Shown: positions 31,513 through 32,000 of the stretch, piece by piece
Layout: each line of letters begins with the position of its first letter
Position numbering within the stretch: the stretch's first letter is position 1
Source of the DNA: an uncultured Thermodesulfobacteriota bacterium
GTDB lineage: Bacteria; Desulfobacterota; B13-G15
Reading direction: 5' to 3'
Assembly: GCA_964525275.1 (NCBI GenBank)
Contig: CAZGDM010000017.1
Coordinates: forward strand, 835-32,834
Length of the DNA: 32,000 bases
The notes under the pieces: model-generated
Database searches by the model: none
What the model was told of the DNA's origin: nothing
Seen by the model: the letters and a program-made list of their open reading frames with translations, nothing else
Program-made: the position numbers and the translations under genes

Positions 31513-32000
31513 GGCAGTACAGGGTAGTCGGGAAGCCTCTGAAGAGGGTGGACGCCGGGGTGAAGGTCACGGGAGAGGCCCAGTTCGCCGCCGACATCAA
31601 GCTTCCCAACATGCTTCACGCAAAAATCTTGAGAAGTCCCCACCCCCACGCGAAGATCTTGAGGATCGACACCAGCAAGGCAGAGGCCCTCCCCGGCGTG
31701 AAAGCGGTGATCACTGGCAAGGACGTCGGGCCCATAAGGTTCGGCTTTGTGGATACGCCTCGCTACCCCGCTGACCAATATCCCTTGGCCATTGACAAGG
31801 TGCGCTATGTGGGGGAGGAGGTGGCCGCGGTGGCCGCCGTGGACGAGATAACCGCCATCGAGGCCCTTAAGCTCATCGAGGTGGAATACGAGCTCCTCCC
31901 TGCGGTCTTCGATCCTGAGGAGGCCATGAAAGAGGGGGCCCCGAAAATCCACGATGAGATCGTACCCAACACCACCTGTGCATGGCAGGACTGGGGTGTC
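31509..32000 (+). CDS. Molybdopterin-binding large subunit of a xanthine dehydrogenase / aldehyde oxidoreductase family enzyme (N-terminal fragment; continues beyond the window)
   Basis: Not in the ORF track because it has no stop in the window. ATG 31509 (ATGA overlap) translates to MRQYRVVGKPLKRVDAGVKVTGEAQFAADIKLPNMLHAKILRSPHPHAKILRIDTSKAEALPGVKAVITGKD..., the standard N-terminal a/b-hammerhead domain. Confidence 0.85.
   Translation, partial: MRQYRVVGKPLKRVDAGVKVTGEAQFAADIKLPNMLHAKILRSPHPHAKILRIDTSKAEALPGVKAVITGKDVGPIRFGFVDTPRYPADQYPLAIDKVRYVGEEVAAVAAVDEITAIEALKLIEVEYELLPAVFDPEEAMKEGAPKIHDEIVPNTTCAWQDWGV

Noticed and set aside
30137-32000. Calling the three-subunit molybdoenzyme 4-hydroxybenzoyl-CoA reductase (hcrABC) outright.
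   Set aside because: The FAD subunit lacks an evident Cys-rich [4Fe-4S] insertion, and the gene order is coxMSL-like. Only family-level assignment is justified without phylogeny.
1-32000. Mobile elements, CRISPR arrays, tRNA/rRNA genes, toxin-antitoxin or phage-defence cassettes.
   Set aside because: I found no direct-repeat arrays, no transposase/integrase-like ORFs, no terminal inverted repeats, no cloverleaf-sized conserved RNA segments in the short intergenic gaps, and no small paired ORFs typical of TA systems. PhoH here is in its housekeeping phoH-ybeY context.

Overview
GC-rich window (roughly 60% by eye), densely coding. The proteins are rich in E/K/R/L, which suggests a thermophilic, probably anaerobic, diderm bacterium. 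I saw no rRNA, tRNA, CRISPR array or transposase. I call 33 CDS in five blocks.

(1) 1-4071: a partial larC, an ABM-domain protein and a HAD hydrolase, followed by a minus-strand STAS / RsbW-like kinase / GGDEF cyclase operon.

(2) 4169-12002: an Arn-like envelope glycosylation cluster. It holds DedA, two ArnT-like GT39 (GT-C) transferases, a DegT aminotransferase, an ArnC-like GT2, a Gfo/Idh/MocA oxidoreductase and a UPF0104 flippase-like protein.

(3) 11983-15619: sirtuin, PhoH, YbeY, then an ECF sigma / zinc anti-sigma / periplasmic Spy-like trio.

(4) 15585-27951, minus strand: a HAD hydrolase and an ADP-forming acyl-CoA synthetase, then a seven-gene operon. The operon encodes phenylphosphate-synthase-like PpsA/PpsB homologues, one UbiD-family (de)carboxylase, an ANL aryl-CoA-type ligase, two tandem UPF0261 (Tm-1-like ATP-binding) paralogues and UbiX.

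(5) 28231-32000: a divergent PAS/sigma54 activator, two identical-half-site palindromes and a good sigma54 promoter. These drive a MoaD/ThiS-like GG protein and a three-subunit xanthine-dehydrogenase-family molybdoenzyme (FAD, 2Fe-2S, Mo; the last runs off the window).

Most interesting is block 4+5. It looks like an anaerobic aryl phosphorylation/carboxylation/CoA-activation pathway whose composition differs from the canonical Thauera/Geobacter phenol system: a single UbiD, no PpsC/PpcC/PpcD equivalents, and two uncharacterised UPF0261 proteins. The non-canonical Arn-like cluster and the partner-switch-to-GGDEF operon come next.

All functional calls come from motif recognition by eye. No database search was run.
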